Source: Somniosus microcephalus
Lineage: Eukaryota
Assembly (NCBI GenBank): GCA_052327205.1
Contig: JBMRGM010000035.1
Span: forward strand, 118,730,001-118,794,000
DNA: 64,000 bases
Direction: 5' to 3'
Under the pieces are notes generated by a model. It searched no databases. It was given only the letters and a program-made list of their open reading frames with translations, and was not told the DNA's origin. The first letter of the stretch is position 1, and each line of letters begins with the position of its first letter. The position numbers were made by a program, and so were the translations under genes. Below, piece after piece: positions 49,207-60,870 of the stretch.

Positions 49207-49645
49207 GAAAGAAAGAAAGTCTTGCATTTATACAGTGTCTTTCATGACCTCAGGACGTCCCAAAGAACTTTACAGCCAATGAAGTACTTTTGAAATGTAA
49301 TGTAGGTAACACGGCAGCCAATTTGCGCACAGCAAGGTCCCACAAATGGCAATGTGATAATAACCAGATAATCTGTTTTTGTTATGTTGGTTGAGGGATA
49401 AATATTGGCCAGGACACCAGGGAAAATTCCCCTACTCTTCTTCGAAATAGCGCCATGGAGTCTTTTACGTCCACCTGAGAGAGCAGACGGGGCCTCGATT
49501 TAAAGTCTCATCCGAAAGACGGCACCTCTGACAGTGCAGTGCTCCCTCAGTAGTGCACTGGGAGTGTCAAGTCTCTGGAGTGGGACTTGAAACCCACAAC
49601 CTTCTGACTCAGAGGCGAGAGTGCTACCCACTGAGCCACGGCCGG
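49207..49645 (-). mobile_element. Deu-SINE, near full length
   Basis: tRNA head, Deu core and (tttc)n tail. Confidence 0.88.
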
Positions 49646-50377
49646 CACTAAAGAGAGTCGGGTGGGGTGTAAACCTGGCTGCCGACTCGTCGTGGCCCGT
49701 TTTGTCTGAGGCCACCCTCAGTGAGTTAACAATTAAAAAAAACAAAGAAAAGTGGTTTGGTGAGGCAATGGGTTGGTGCTCAAAAAGATAAATACAACAG
49801 CATGAACATTGTGAATCGGAAGCTTTGCTGTGGCCCCTTCTGAGTCAGGTCCTGATCTCAGTGTAATACACTAATTAAGATATTTGCTGTATTTAGCGCT
49901 CCTAATTCCCAGTGTAGTTCAGAATCAGTGGCCTTTCCCCTCCCCACCCTTTTAAACAGCATCAGTTGGTTGCCGTGTAGCTGGGAGTCGCAAGGCATGC
50001 TGGGAGAAGTTCTCTGTTATTAGCCGTCTGACAACCTGTTATTAGCAGTGCGTTTAAAACCCACGGTTTTGATCCGGCCTGTCCTGAGAGGATGACATGT
50101 CGCATTGTTATTCCCAACGATAAACACAGCCTGTCCCCACTTCCTCTCATTTCATTCATTTCTCCTCCCCTCACCCCTCCAGTCACCTCTGACCCCCGCC
50201 CCCCCCCCCCACCCCAGTACAAGGGGCTTCAGCCACGCAGACGTGACGACAATGGAAAAAGGCTGAGGGTGGGTTGAAAAGAAGAAACCACCACCAGGTC
50301 TCTTGTTGGTTTCTGCTGGAAGGAGGGAGGGGAAGGGGAGGGACCACCCCTACTGTGAGCACATGGTCTGTACCAGT

Positions 50378-50811
50378 GTCAGTCGCGGCTCACTGGGTAG
50401 CACTCGTGCCTCGCAGTCAGAAGGTTTTGGGTTCAAGTTCTCACTCCAGAGACTTGAGCACAAAATTCTAGGCTGACACTCCCAGTGCAGTGCTGAGGGA
50501 GCGCTGCACTGTCGGAGGTGCCGTCTTTCGGATGAGACATTAAACAAATCACACCTCTCAGGTAGATGGAAAAGATGCCACGGCACTATTTGGAGAAGGG
50601 GAGTTCGCTCCGGTGTCCTGACCAATATTTATCCCTCAACCAACATCACTAAAACAGATTAATTTCATTGCTGTTTGTGGGAGCTTGCTTTGCGCAAATT
50701 GGCTGTCGCGTTTCCTACATTACAACAGTGATTGCACTTCAAAAGTACTTCATTAGCTGTAAAGCACTTTGAGGTCATGAAAGACGCTGTATAAATGCAA
50801 GTCTTTCTTTC
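50378..50811 (+). mobile_element. Deu-SINE, near full length
   Basis: tRNA head, single copy of the 33-bp segment, tail ataaatgcaagtctttcttt. Confidence 0.88.
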
Positions 50812-51424
50812 TGTCAGTGGAAGGAGCTCATAATGGCCCTGAGGCAATGTGTGCAGGAATATCCCCCTCCTTCCCCAGGTATCTGTTACCCGATGAATTA
50901 TATTATAATTCCGACACTTAATGCACTCAGATCTACTCCTGTCGATTTTAGCTGAGGCATGAACCAGTTTGTCAGTCAGTGCATTGAAAGTTGTATAATT
51001 GCATCGCACAGCATGATTTCCCAGGCTGAGATAGCTACACGGAGACGCAGATGCAGACGAGGACTGAGGGAATGATACAGGTGGACAGATTTGCAGATGC
51101 AGCGATAAACTGGATAGATGAGGAGAGAGGTTAGGTTGACTCACAGATAAAGACAGATGACATTCATCAATATTTGATGGGGAAGGCTCACTTTCAAAGG
51201 TCGCACATGAATGACTTCTATCAATAAATGTCACCCGTGCGTGCAGCCTCCAACGTCCGTGTGTGGCCCTGAACAAACACTCGCTGCTTTGTCAGCATCT
51301 GCGAGACAACGAGGAGTTTGAATCTCCTCTTTTCATTATTTTCAACACAATCTTAACGTTTCCCTGAATTTGACAGTTCTGCTGTGGAGGCAACATTCAT
51401 CTGTCTCCATAAACCCTCTCTAAG

Positions 51425-54025
51425 CCGTACCTGCCCTAGGAGTGTTTGATGGGACAGTGTAGAGGGAGCTTTACTCTCTATCTAACCTGTGCTGTACCTG
51501 CCCTAGGAGTGTTTGATGGGACAGTGTAGAGGGAGCTTTACTCTGTATCTAACCTGTGCTGTACCTGCCCTGGGAGTGTTTGATGGGCCAGTGTAGAGGG
51601 AGCTTTACTCTGTATTTAATCCGTGCTGTACCTGCCCTGGGAGTGTTTGATGGGACAGTGTAGAGGGAGCTTTACTCTGTATCTAACCCGTGCTGTACCT
51701 GCCCTGGGAATGTTTGATGGGACAGTGTAGAGGGAGTTTTACTCTGTATCTAACCCGTGCCGTACCTGCCCTGGGAGTGTTTGTTGGGACAGTGTAGAGG
51801 GAGCTTTACTCTGTATCTAACCCGTGCTGTACCTGCCCTGGGAGTGTTCGATGGGACGGTGTAGAGGGAGCTTTACTCTGTATCTAACCCGTGCTGTACC
51901 TGCCCTGGGAGTGTTTGATGGGACAGTGTAGAGGGAGCTTTACTCTGTATCTAACCCATTCTGTACCTGCCCTGGGAGTGATGGATGGGGCAGTGTAGAG
52001 GGAGCTTTACTCTGTATCTAACCCGTGCTGTACCTGCCCTGGGGGTGTTCGATGGGACGGTGTAGAGGGAGCTTTACTCTGTATCTAACCCGTGCTGTAC
52101 CTGCCCTGGGAGTGTTTGATGGGACAGTGTAGAGGGAGCTTTACTCTGTATCTAACCCATTCTGTACCTGCCCTGGGAGTGATGGATGGGGCAGTGTAGA
52201 GGGAGCTTTACTCTGTATCTAACCCGTGCTGTACCTGCCCTGGGAGTGTTTGATGGGACAGTGTAGAGGGAGCATTACTCTATATCTAATCCGTTCTGTA
52301 CCTGCCCTGGGAGTGTTTGATGGGGCAGTGTAGAGGGAGCTTTACTCTGTATCTAACCTGTGCTGTACCTGCCCTGGGAGTGTTTGATGGGACAGTGTAG
52401 AAGGAGCTTTTCTCTGTATCTAACCTGTGCTGTACCTGCCCTGGGAGTGTTTGATGGGGCAGTGTAGAGTGATATTTACTCTGTATCTAACCCGTGCTGT
52501 ACCTGCCCTGGGAGTGTTTGATGGGACAGTGTAGAGGGAGCTTTACTCTGTATCTAACACGCGCTGTAACTGCCCCAGGAGTTTTTGATGGACAGTGTAG
52601 AGGGAGCTTTACTCTGTATCTAACCCGTGCTGTACCTGCCCTGGGAGTGTTTGATGGGACAGTGTAGAGGGATATTTACTCTGTATCTAACCCGTGCTGT
52701 ACCTGCCCTGGGAGTGTTTGATGGGACAGTGTAGAGGGAGCTTTTCTCTGTATCTAACCCGTGCTGTACCTGCCCTGGGAGTGTTTGATGGACAGTGTAG
52801 AGGGAGCTTTACTCTGTATCTAACCTGTGCTGTACCTGCCCTGGGAGTGTTTGATGGGACAGTGTAGAGGGATATTTACTCTGTATCTAACCCGTGCTGT
52901 ACCTGCCCTGGGAGTGTTTGATGGGACAGTGTAGAGGGATATTTACTCTGTATCTAACCCGTGCTGTACCTGCCCTGGGAGTGTTTGATGGGACAGTGTA
53001 GAGGGAGCTTTTCTCTGTATCTAACCCATGCTGTACCTGCCCTGGGAGTGTTTGATGGGACAGTGTAGAGGCAACTTTACTCTGTATCTAACCCGTGCTG
53101 TACCTGCCCTGGGAGTGTTTGATGGGACAGTGTAGAGGCAACCTTACTCTGTATCTAACCCGTGCTGTACCTGCCCTGGGAGTGTTTGATGGACATTGTA
53201 GAGGGAGCTTTACTCTGTATCTAACCCGTGTTGTACCTGCCCTGGGAGTGTTTGATGGGACAGTGTAGAGGGATATTTACTCTGTATCTAACCCGTGCTG
53301 TACCTGCCCTGGGAGTGTTTGATGGGACAGTGTAGAGGGATATTTACTCTGTATCTAACCCGTGCTGTACCTGCCCTGGGAGTGTTTGATGGGACAGTGT
53401 AGAGGGAACTTTTCTCTGTATCTAACCCGTGCTGTACCTGCCCTGGGAGTGTTTGATGGGACAGTGTAGAGGCAACTTTACTCTGTATCTAACCCATGCT
53501 GTACCTGCCCTGGGAGTGTTTGATGGGACAGTGTAGAGGCAACCTTACTCTGTATCTAACCCGTGCTGTACCTGCCCTGGGAGTGTTTGATGGGACAGTG
53601 TAGAGGGATATTTACTCTGTATCTAGCCCGTGCTGTACCTGCCCTGGGAGTGTTTGATGGGACAGTGTAGAGGGATATTTACTCTGTATCTAACCTGTGC
53701 TGTACCTGCCCTGGGAGTGTTTGATGGACAGTGTAGAGGGAGCTTGACTCTGTATCTAACCCGTGCTGTACCTGCCCTGGGAGTGTTTGATGGACAGTGT
53801 AGAGGGAGCTTTACTCTGTATCTAACCCGTGTTGTACCTGCCCTGGGAGTGTTTGATGGGACAGTGTAGAGGGAGCTTTACTCTGTATCTAACCCGTGCT
53901 GTACCTGCCCTGGGAATGTTTGATAGGACAGTGTAGAGGGAGCTTTACTCTGTATCTAACCTGTGCTGTAACTGCCCTGGGAGTGTTTGATGGACAGTGT
54001 AGAGGGAGCTTTACTCTCTATCTAA
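51425..54025. repeat. 67-bp minisatellite, ~39 copies
   Basis: gtgctgtacctgccctgggagtgtttgatgggacagtgtagagggagctttactctgtatctaaccc. Confidence 0.95.
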
Positions 54026-54444
54026 AGTCATTGTGTTGTCACAGTTAGGAACATAGAAACAAAGTAGGCCATTGAGTCCCTCGAGCATTTTCCACCAACT
54101 GCTGATAATGTTTCTGCAGTTTGCTACAAACTCTCAATTGATAAGTGGAAGTGCACCGTAGCGCTGGAACAATCATAATACCTGAGCTGTAGCAATGGGC
54201 GGGAATGGACAATTCTGCCTGCTGCAGAGATTGATTAATAATGGCAGTGTGCCATAGTCCTTCAACTATTTTTACCCAGTGTTGAGTGGGAGGCATAGGT
54301 TTATTAAACGGGCCAACCGCTGGCTTCAATGGCCAAGCCACAGGTCACTGTAGAGATTCATCTTGCAGCTCAGGAAGGTTCCTCATTTCATCTCCAGTCT
54401 GTGCTCAGCCAAGGCTAATCGAGGTCAGCAACGTGATAAAATGG

Positions 54445-54815
54445 ATTTGATGGGGTAGACACAGAGACACCATGCCCTCTGATGGGGGAAGAGTCCAGGA
54501 CGTGGGGGCATAATCTTAAAATCAGAGCCAGGCCATTCAGGGGTGATATCAGGAAGCACTTCTTCACACAAAGGGTAGTGGGAATCTGGAACTCTCTCTT
54601 TCTCTCCCCCAACAACAATTCCCATTTATATAGCTCCTTTAATGTAGTAAAACATCCTAAGGCATTTCACAGGAGCGATTATCAAAAACAAAATTTGACA
54701 AAAGGCTGTGGATGCTGGTTCAGCTGAAAATTTCAAGACTGAGATCATTACATTTTTATTAGGTAAGGGTACCAACCAAGAGATAGGGAGCAAAGGCGGG
54801 TAAATGGAGTTGCGG
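54445..54815 (+). mobile_element. CR1 3' fragment with a ~90-bp antisense L2 tail inserted (~54611-54700)
   Basis: ESRTWGHNLKIRARPFRGDIRKHFFTQRVVGIWNSL. Confidence 0.75.
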
Positions 54816-55276
54816 TATTCATAGATAATATATAGCTTGCAGCACTCACCGAATAATATGTAGATTATAGGGCCTAGATTACAGAACCGGTGAATGATGT
54901 ATAGACTTTGGGACCAGTGAGTAATGTATAGATTATAGAATCAGTAAAGAGCTAGCGCATAATATTTAGATGGCAGACCCAGTCACGAATCTGCAGATTA
55001 CAGCCCATCAAAATTATGGAGATTATACTCCCAGCGAATAATTTACACATGAGCGAGCCAGTCAATAGTCTGTGCCGAACGGAATTAGCCGAGAACCGAG
55101 TTAAGTGCAGACGAGAGATGCAATGAACAGTTTATGAGACAATTTTTCAGGAAGCCATCGAATACCCAGAGACAGGCTGTCCAGCGTGTTATATAGAGAG
55201 GTAGGTGGAATGTTGAAGGGTTTTAGTACATTAGGAATGTAGAGAGTACGGAGTTGGGAGTAACCGAGTGTCATAA

Positions 55277-55872
55277 GCAACAACAGCAACTTGCATTTAC
55301 AAAGCTCCTTTAACGTAGTAAAACATCCCAAGGTGTTTCACAGGATCGTTTTCAAACAAAATTTGGCACCGAGCCAGATAAGGAGATGCTAGGACAGGTG
55401 GCCAAAAGCTTGGTCAAAGAGTTGGGTTTCAAGGAGCTTCTTAAAGGAGCAGAGCGAGGTAGCGAGGCGGAGAGGTTTAGGGCGGGAGTTTCTGAGCTCA
55501 GGGCCTCGGCAGCTGAAGGCGCGGCCGCCAATGGTGCAGTGAATAAAAATGGGGAAGCGTAAGAGGCCAGAATTGGAGGAACGCAGATATCTCGGAGGAT
55601 TGTGGGGCTGGAGGAGATTACAGAGATAGGGATTTGAAAACAAGGATGAGAATGATTAAAATGGAGGTGGTGCCAGACCAGGAGCCAATGTAGGTCAGCG
55701 AGCACACTGGGTGATGGGTGAACGGGACTTGGTGCAATTTAGATACGGGCAGCAGAGTTTTGGATGAGCTCAACTTCATGGAAGGTGCAAGGGTGAGAGG
55801 CCGGCCAGGAGTGCATTGGAATAGTCGAGACTAGAGGTAACAAAGGCATGGATGAGGGTTACAGCAGCAGAC
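55277..55872 (-). mobile_element. L2 3' fragment
   Basis: TLIHAFVTSSLDYSNALLAGL; LADLHWL. Confidence 0.88.
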
Positions 55873-56195
55873 AGCTGGGCAGTCCCACCCAGACAAGGCG
55901 ATATCCAGCCCTCTCTCTCTCTCTCGCAATCCTTATCTTTCTTGATTTCACCTCTGTGACCATAGTCTTTGCTGCACTGAATTTCCCTCTCCTGCCCCTC
56001 CCATACTGTAAACGCATGGTTCTCCATCTCCCTGCGCCCCCCTCTATTGAAATGAAGACTGATTGCAACCATTTTCTACTCTAACACATTCTTTTCCGGA
56101 ACCTCAGAACTACAGAACTCCTCGCCTCCCTTCCTCTTATAAGCCAATTGGATTTAAAAAACCCTAAATTTGGCACTACTTAACCAGTACTTATA

Positions 56196-56902
56196 GGGGT
56201 AGAAATTGGGTAGCGCTCCCTATGGGGTGCGACCTTCGCCGGGGCACTGATTTTAGCGCCCCTAAAAAGTTAGCGCCCCCGCGGCCGATTTTCCCAGGTA
56301 GCACCTCGAGAGGGAGGAGGGGCGCTACTGGAAGCGCCCCACATCCCTCTTGGGGCACTGCGAGCCAATATCATTGCGCCGCGGTACTGCAGACCTTCCT
56401 CCCCTTATTAAAGGGGAGGGGCCTGGCGCAGTGTGTCCCGGTGCCTGGCTGGGCCACCAGGGATCGGGAGTTCCGACAAACGACCCCAGCACTCAAGAGG
56501 AGTGCTGGGCTCAAGGAGAGCAGCCGGCACCCTGCGGGGGGATTTCACGGGGGCCAGGGACAGCAACAGGGGCAGGTGCTGGCAGGCAGCCAGCAACAAA
56601 AGTGGCCACCCGCCACCTCCCCTTTAACTAGCGCCGCCCCGGCCACAGGTAGACCCCCCCTGACCCTGGCAGACATAGTGTCCGGTGGTAAGTCGGGGGG
56701 GCACCACCCAATATTACAGCTGGGGCGCGAGCGGGGCGCTGCGCATGGCGCTAACGGTTAGCGCCGCCACTAACTTCCTGCTGAGTTTTGGGGGGGGGGG
56801 GGTGGTTAGCGGTGCCGCACCCAGGTGCTAGTTGATTTGTGCCCCTTAGCACCCTTTTTTGGGGCGCCAATGGGAGGCACAAATCAACCGAATTTAGACC
56901 CC
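56196..56902. mobile_element. Harbinger-type non-autonomous element A
   Basis: GGGGTAGAAATTGGGT / ACCGAATTTAGACCCC, ATA on both sides. Confidence 0.82.
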
Positions 56903-56905
56903 ATA

Positions 56906-57875
56906 GGGGGAAAAATTTGGTATCGCCCCGTTTGGGGCGCCATTATTGGCCGTGCGCAAAGTTTAGCGCCTGGCGCTAATTATCACCTCCGACAGCAAAC
57001 TTGGCTTTTATCGCCTCTGAAGGTGATTGGAGCGCTAAATCAGGCGCTTCACATTTGTCTTAAGGCGCAAAGGCCAAGGAGCGAGGCGCTACCTCAGAGC
57101 GCTGGCGAAGCTCATGTGCTGTCAGTCAGCAATGGAACACAGACACACTGGTGCCGGCCAATTCTTAAAGGGGAGTTCTGACGAATGGTCATCGACCTGA
57201 AACGTTAACTCTGTTTCTCACTTCACAGATGCTGCTTGACCTGCTGAGTTTCTCCAGCATTTTCTGTTTTTATCTTATAGGGGAGGGTTGATCTTGCTCT
57301 CCATCCACATCCTGCTCATTGCAGCCTTGAATCTCAGCCTGGAGAGACCTGTACATCAACCAGGGAAAGAGCTCAGAGTGCAGACCCCATAGTCTCTTCT
57401 AAATAGATACAAGGAAGGGCAAATCAAAATGAACCTGCCAAGTGCTGCTCAGTACCCAGAACTCTTTCACACAGCGTTGAATCTCTCCAGAAGTCTCTCT
57501 CTCTCTCTCTCTCTCAGAATGCGTGGTGCAAAAATGTCACCAACAAAAAAAGGCAGGAAGCGGTTGCCTTTAAATAGCGCTCCCCTAGTCCCTTCCTGAC
57601 TGCAAAACACTCCCCTCAACCTGTCGTTGCTAGCAGCTGGCTGTAAGGCAGGGGGCGCCACTCAATATCCGCTCCGGGGCGCTGTGCACTCGACTGACAT
57701 CACGATCTGCCGGCGCAGGAGATCGTGGCGGTGGTGTTTAGCGCCGCCGCAAAATGTCTCGTTAATTTCGCGAGCGGGGCAAACATTGCCGCGCCCGGGC
57801 GCTAGTTGCTTTGCGCCCCATTAGCGCCCTCTTAAGGCGCTAACGGGAGGCACAAACCAACTGAATTTAGCCCCC
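56906..57875. mobile_element. Harbinger-type non-autonomous element B, related to 16471-18059
   Basis: GGGGGAAAAATTTGG / CTGAATTTAGCCCCC, ATA TSD; subterminal gcgcaaagtttagcgcc.ggcgc shared with 16471 element. Confidence 0.82.
57176..57272 (+). mobile_element. 97-bp Penelope 3'-end insertion containing a hammerhead motif (57174-57210)
   Basis: Matches 9206-9302; 13-bp TSD TCTTA(A/T)AGGGGAG at 57163-75 and 57273-85. Confidence 0.85.
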
Positions 57876-57967
57876 ATAGAGTTTTCTCATCTTCTTGTCC
57901 TACTCATTTCAAACTTGGTGGTGTCCTGCTCTATAGGCCTGCACCCAACTTGTACCTTCTCAATAAA

Positions 57968-58432
57968 AAGAAAAGAAAGACTTGCATTTATATAGCATCT
58001 TTCATGACCTCAGGACGTCCCAAAGCTCTTCACAACCAATGAAGTACTTTTGGAGTGTAGTCACTGTCATAATGTTGGGCAACGTGGCAGATAATTTGTG
58101 CATAGCAAGGTCCCACAAACAGCAATGTGAGAATGACCAAATCATCTGTTTTTTTTTTAACTGATGTTGGTTGAGGGATACATATTGGCCAGGACACCTG
58201 GGGTAAATTCCCTACTTTTCTTCAAAATAGTCTCCCGAGATCCTTTACATCCACCTGAAAAGGCAGACAGAGCTCGGTTTAATGTCTCATCCCAAAGACG
58301 GCACCTCTGATAGTGCCCTCAGTAGCACTTGAGTGTCAGCCTAGATTCAGTGCTCAAGTCTCTAGAGGAGTGGGACTTGAACTTCTGGGACCTTCTGACT
58401 TGGGGGCGGGAGTGCTCCCACTGAGCCACGGC
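57968..58432 (-). mobile_element. Deu-SINE, near full length
   Basis: Same family as 49207-49645. Confidence 0.85.
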
Positions 58433-58789
58433 AAAACACTGTTAGATGAGATTAGAATCTAGATCATTGGGGCTGAGTTGCCATTGTTTGGTTCCATACA
58501 GAACAAACAAAACAGAGCAGGGAAACCAGGCTTACTGCACAGCTGAATCAGATCCATGCGCTCGCCATGAATAGTCTGAAGCTGGCTGGCCCATTGTCAA
58601 AGCTCGCGGTTTAGTTTATGGCACACTGACACCTCCCAGCTAAAATGTTTGGTCAAAAACCAAAACATTTAGTGGTCCATCCAGATTTTTGATGGTTAAC
58701 CACAGGAGCTAATGCATACGCCCAGCTTCCAACACTGCGAAAAGGAAAGTGTTTGGGAAAGAGTTCTCTGAAACAACATAGCAATCAAA

Positions 58790-59613
58790 GGGCACAGTGA
58801 CTGAGTACAGAAACACTCCTTCAGTACTCAGAGGGCCCAGTGACCGGGTACAGAAACACTCCTTCAGTACTCAGAGGGCACAGTGACTGGGTACAGAAAC
58901 ACTCCTTCAGTACTCAGAGGACACAGTGACTGGGTATAGAAACATTCCTTCAGTACTCAGAGGGCACAGTGACCGGGTACAGAAACACTCCTTCAGTACT
59001 CAGAGGGCCCAGTGACCGGGTACAGAAACACTCCTTCAGTACTCAGAGGGCCCAGTGACCGGGTACAGAAACACTCCTTCAGTACTCAGAGGGCCCAGTG
59101 ACCGGGTACAGAAACACTCCTTCAGTACTCAGAGGGCACAGTGACTGGGTACAGAAACACTCCTTCAGTACTCAGAGGGCACAGTGAGTGGGTACAGAAA
59201 CACTCCTTCAGTACTCAGAGGGCACAGTGACTGGGTACAGAAACATTCCTTCAGTACTCAGAGGGCACAGTGACCGGGTACAGAAACGCTCCTTCAGTAC
59301 TCAGAGGGCACAGTGACTGGGTACAGAAACACTCCTTCAGTACTCAGAGGGCACAGTGACCGGGTACAGAAACACTCCTTCAGTACTCAGAGGACACAGT
59401 GACTGGGTACAGAAACATTCCTTCAGTACTCAGAGGGCACAGTGACTGGGTACAGAAACATTCCTTCAGTACTCAGAGGGCACAGTGACTGGGTACAGAA
59501 ACATTCCTTCAGTACTCAGAGGGCACAGTGACTGGGTACAGAAACACTCCTTCAGTACTCAGAGGGCACAGTGACCGGGTACAGAAACACTCCTTCAGTA
59601 CTCAGAGGGCACA
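58790..59613. repeat. 43-bp minisatellite (gggcacagtgactgggtacagaaacactccttcagtactcaga), ~19 copies
   Basis: Direct tandem periodicity. Confidence 0.95.
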
Positions 59614-59644
59614 GCAAGCACCCACCAACACCAATGAAATGTGC

Positions 59645-60305
59645 TCTTTGAATAGTCCCATAGGATCTTTTACGTCCATTTGCGAGGGCAGACGGGACCT
59701 CGGTTTAACGTCTCATCCAAAAGACGGCACCTCCACTCTTGTCAGTGCTGCACTGGGAGTGTCAGCCTGGATTATGGGACCAAGTCTCTGGAGTGGGACT
59801 ATGAACCTATGACCTACTGACAGATAAACTTCCAACTGAGCCACAACTGACACAGAAAACGACACCGTCTCATTATTTGCCAGAGCCATAGAATTATGGA
59901 ACACTTCACATTCTACAGCCTTCCATTGCTCCTACAATAGGCAGAGTTTCGCCCCTGCATGGTAACGTGGCTGGTTCAAGCCTCACTCCCGTAAGCTAGG
60001 GCTGACACTCCAGTGCGGCATTCGAGGGAGTGCTGCAATGCCAATGGTGACATCCTTTGGATGAGACAGCCAACTGAGGCTCCGTTTTCCTGTTCCGATG
60101 ATTCGGCGGGGGGGGGGGGGGGGTCGCGGACATTAAAGATCACAAGGCACTGGCTGATGAGGAGCAGAAGCGTTCCCGTCATTCGTTGCAATAGCTATTT
60201 GTGGAATCTTGCTGTGCACAAAATGGTTGCCACATTTGACTGCAGAACAGCAGTCACTGTTCTTTGAAGTAATTAGTTTAGTTTTGGACTGTTTCTGAGA
60301 GGCAT
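59645..60305. mobile_element. Two old Deu-SINE fragments (59645-59852 -, ~59965-60305 +)
   Basis: ggatgagac core and ggctgacactcc motif. Confidence 0.65.
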
Positions 60306-60544
60306 GATGAGATTAATTAGACTTTACAGCACAGAAACATGCCATTTGGCCCAACTGGTCTATACTGGTGTTTATGCTACACATAAACCTCCTCCAAACC
60401 CTTCTTACCTAACCCTATCGGTATGTATTTTGATGCTATCCCAATGCTTTTCTTGACTTCACCTTGGCATGACACGTTGACTTACACCAGCTCCTTCCAC
60501 CCACAGTCCTGTCCTAAACCGTGGGCCTCAATGCATTTTTAAAA

Positions 60545-60870
60545 TTAATTCATGGGATGTGGGCGTTGCTGGCAAGGCCGGCATTTATTGCCCATCCCTA
60601 ATTGCCCTTGATGTAGTGCATGTACTTTGCAGAAGGAACTGTATTCTGCAGCCCCTGTATACTGCAGTACCAGTAGTGACCACCCCTGTATATAAGCCTG
60701 TGTAGTAACTTTTGCATAGTAGTTCCAGTTTGTCTTCACTCAGTAAAGACCTGTTATAACCAACTCCTGCAGTCCGTGTCTCAATTACACACGGACACAA
60801 TACTTGAGAAGATGGATTTGGACCTTCATGAACCTCTGTGGTGAAGGTGCTCCCACAGTGCTGTTAGGGG
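60545..60870 (-). mobile_element. Zenon-like LINE 3' end, with solo LTR, leading into the terminal array
   Basis: ttcatgggatgtggg.gt.gctggcaagg...gcccttga/gaag...ggtgaaggtgctcccacagtgctgttaggg, as at 44332-44448. Confidence 0.85.
60612..60802 (+). mobile_element. Solo LTR (191 bp), related to LTR 3669-3850
   Basis: TGTAGTG start, end mutated CA>TA, CTTGA TSD (60607-11, 60803-07); shares tatactgcagtacc..gtgaccac.cctgtatataa and ctcctgcagtccgtgt. Confidence 0.88.

Noticed and set aside
50665-51276. 203-aa minus-strand ORF and other exon-like segments (31784-31807, 58536-58575)
   Set aside because: ORF runs into SINE sequence with no recognisable homology; the segments have weak acceptors
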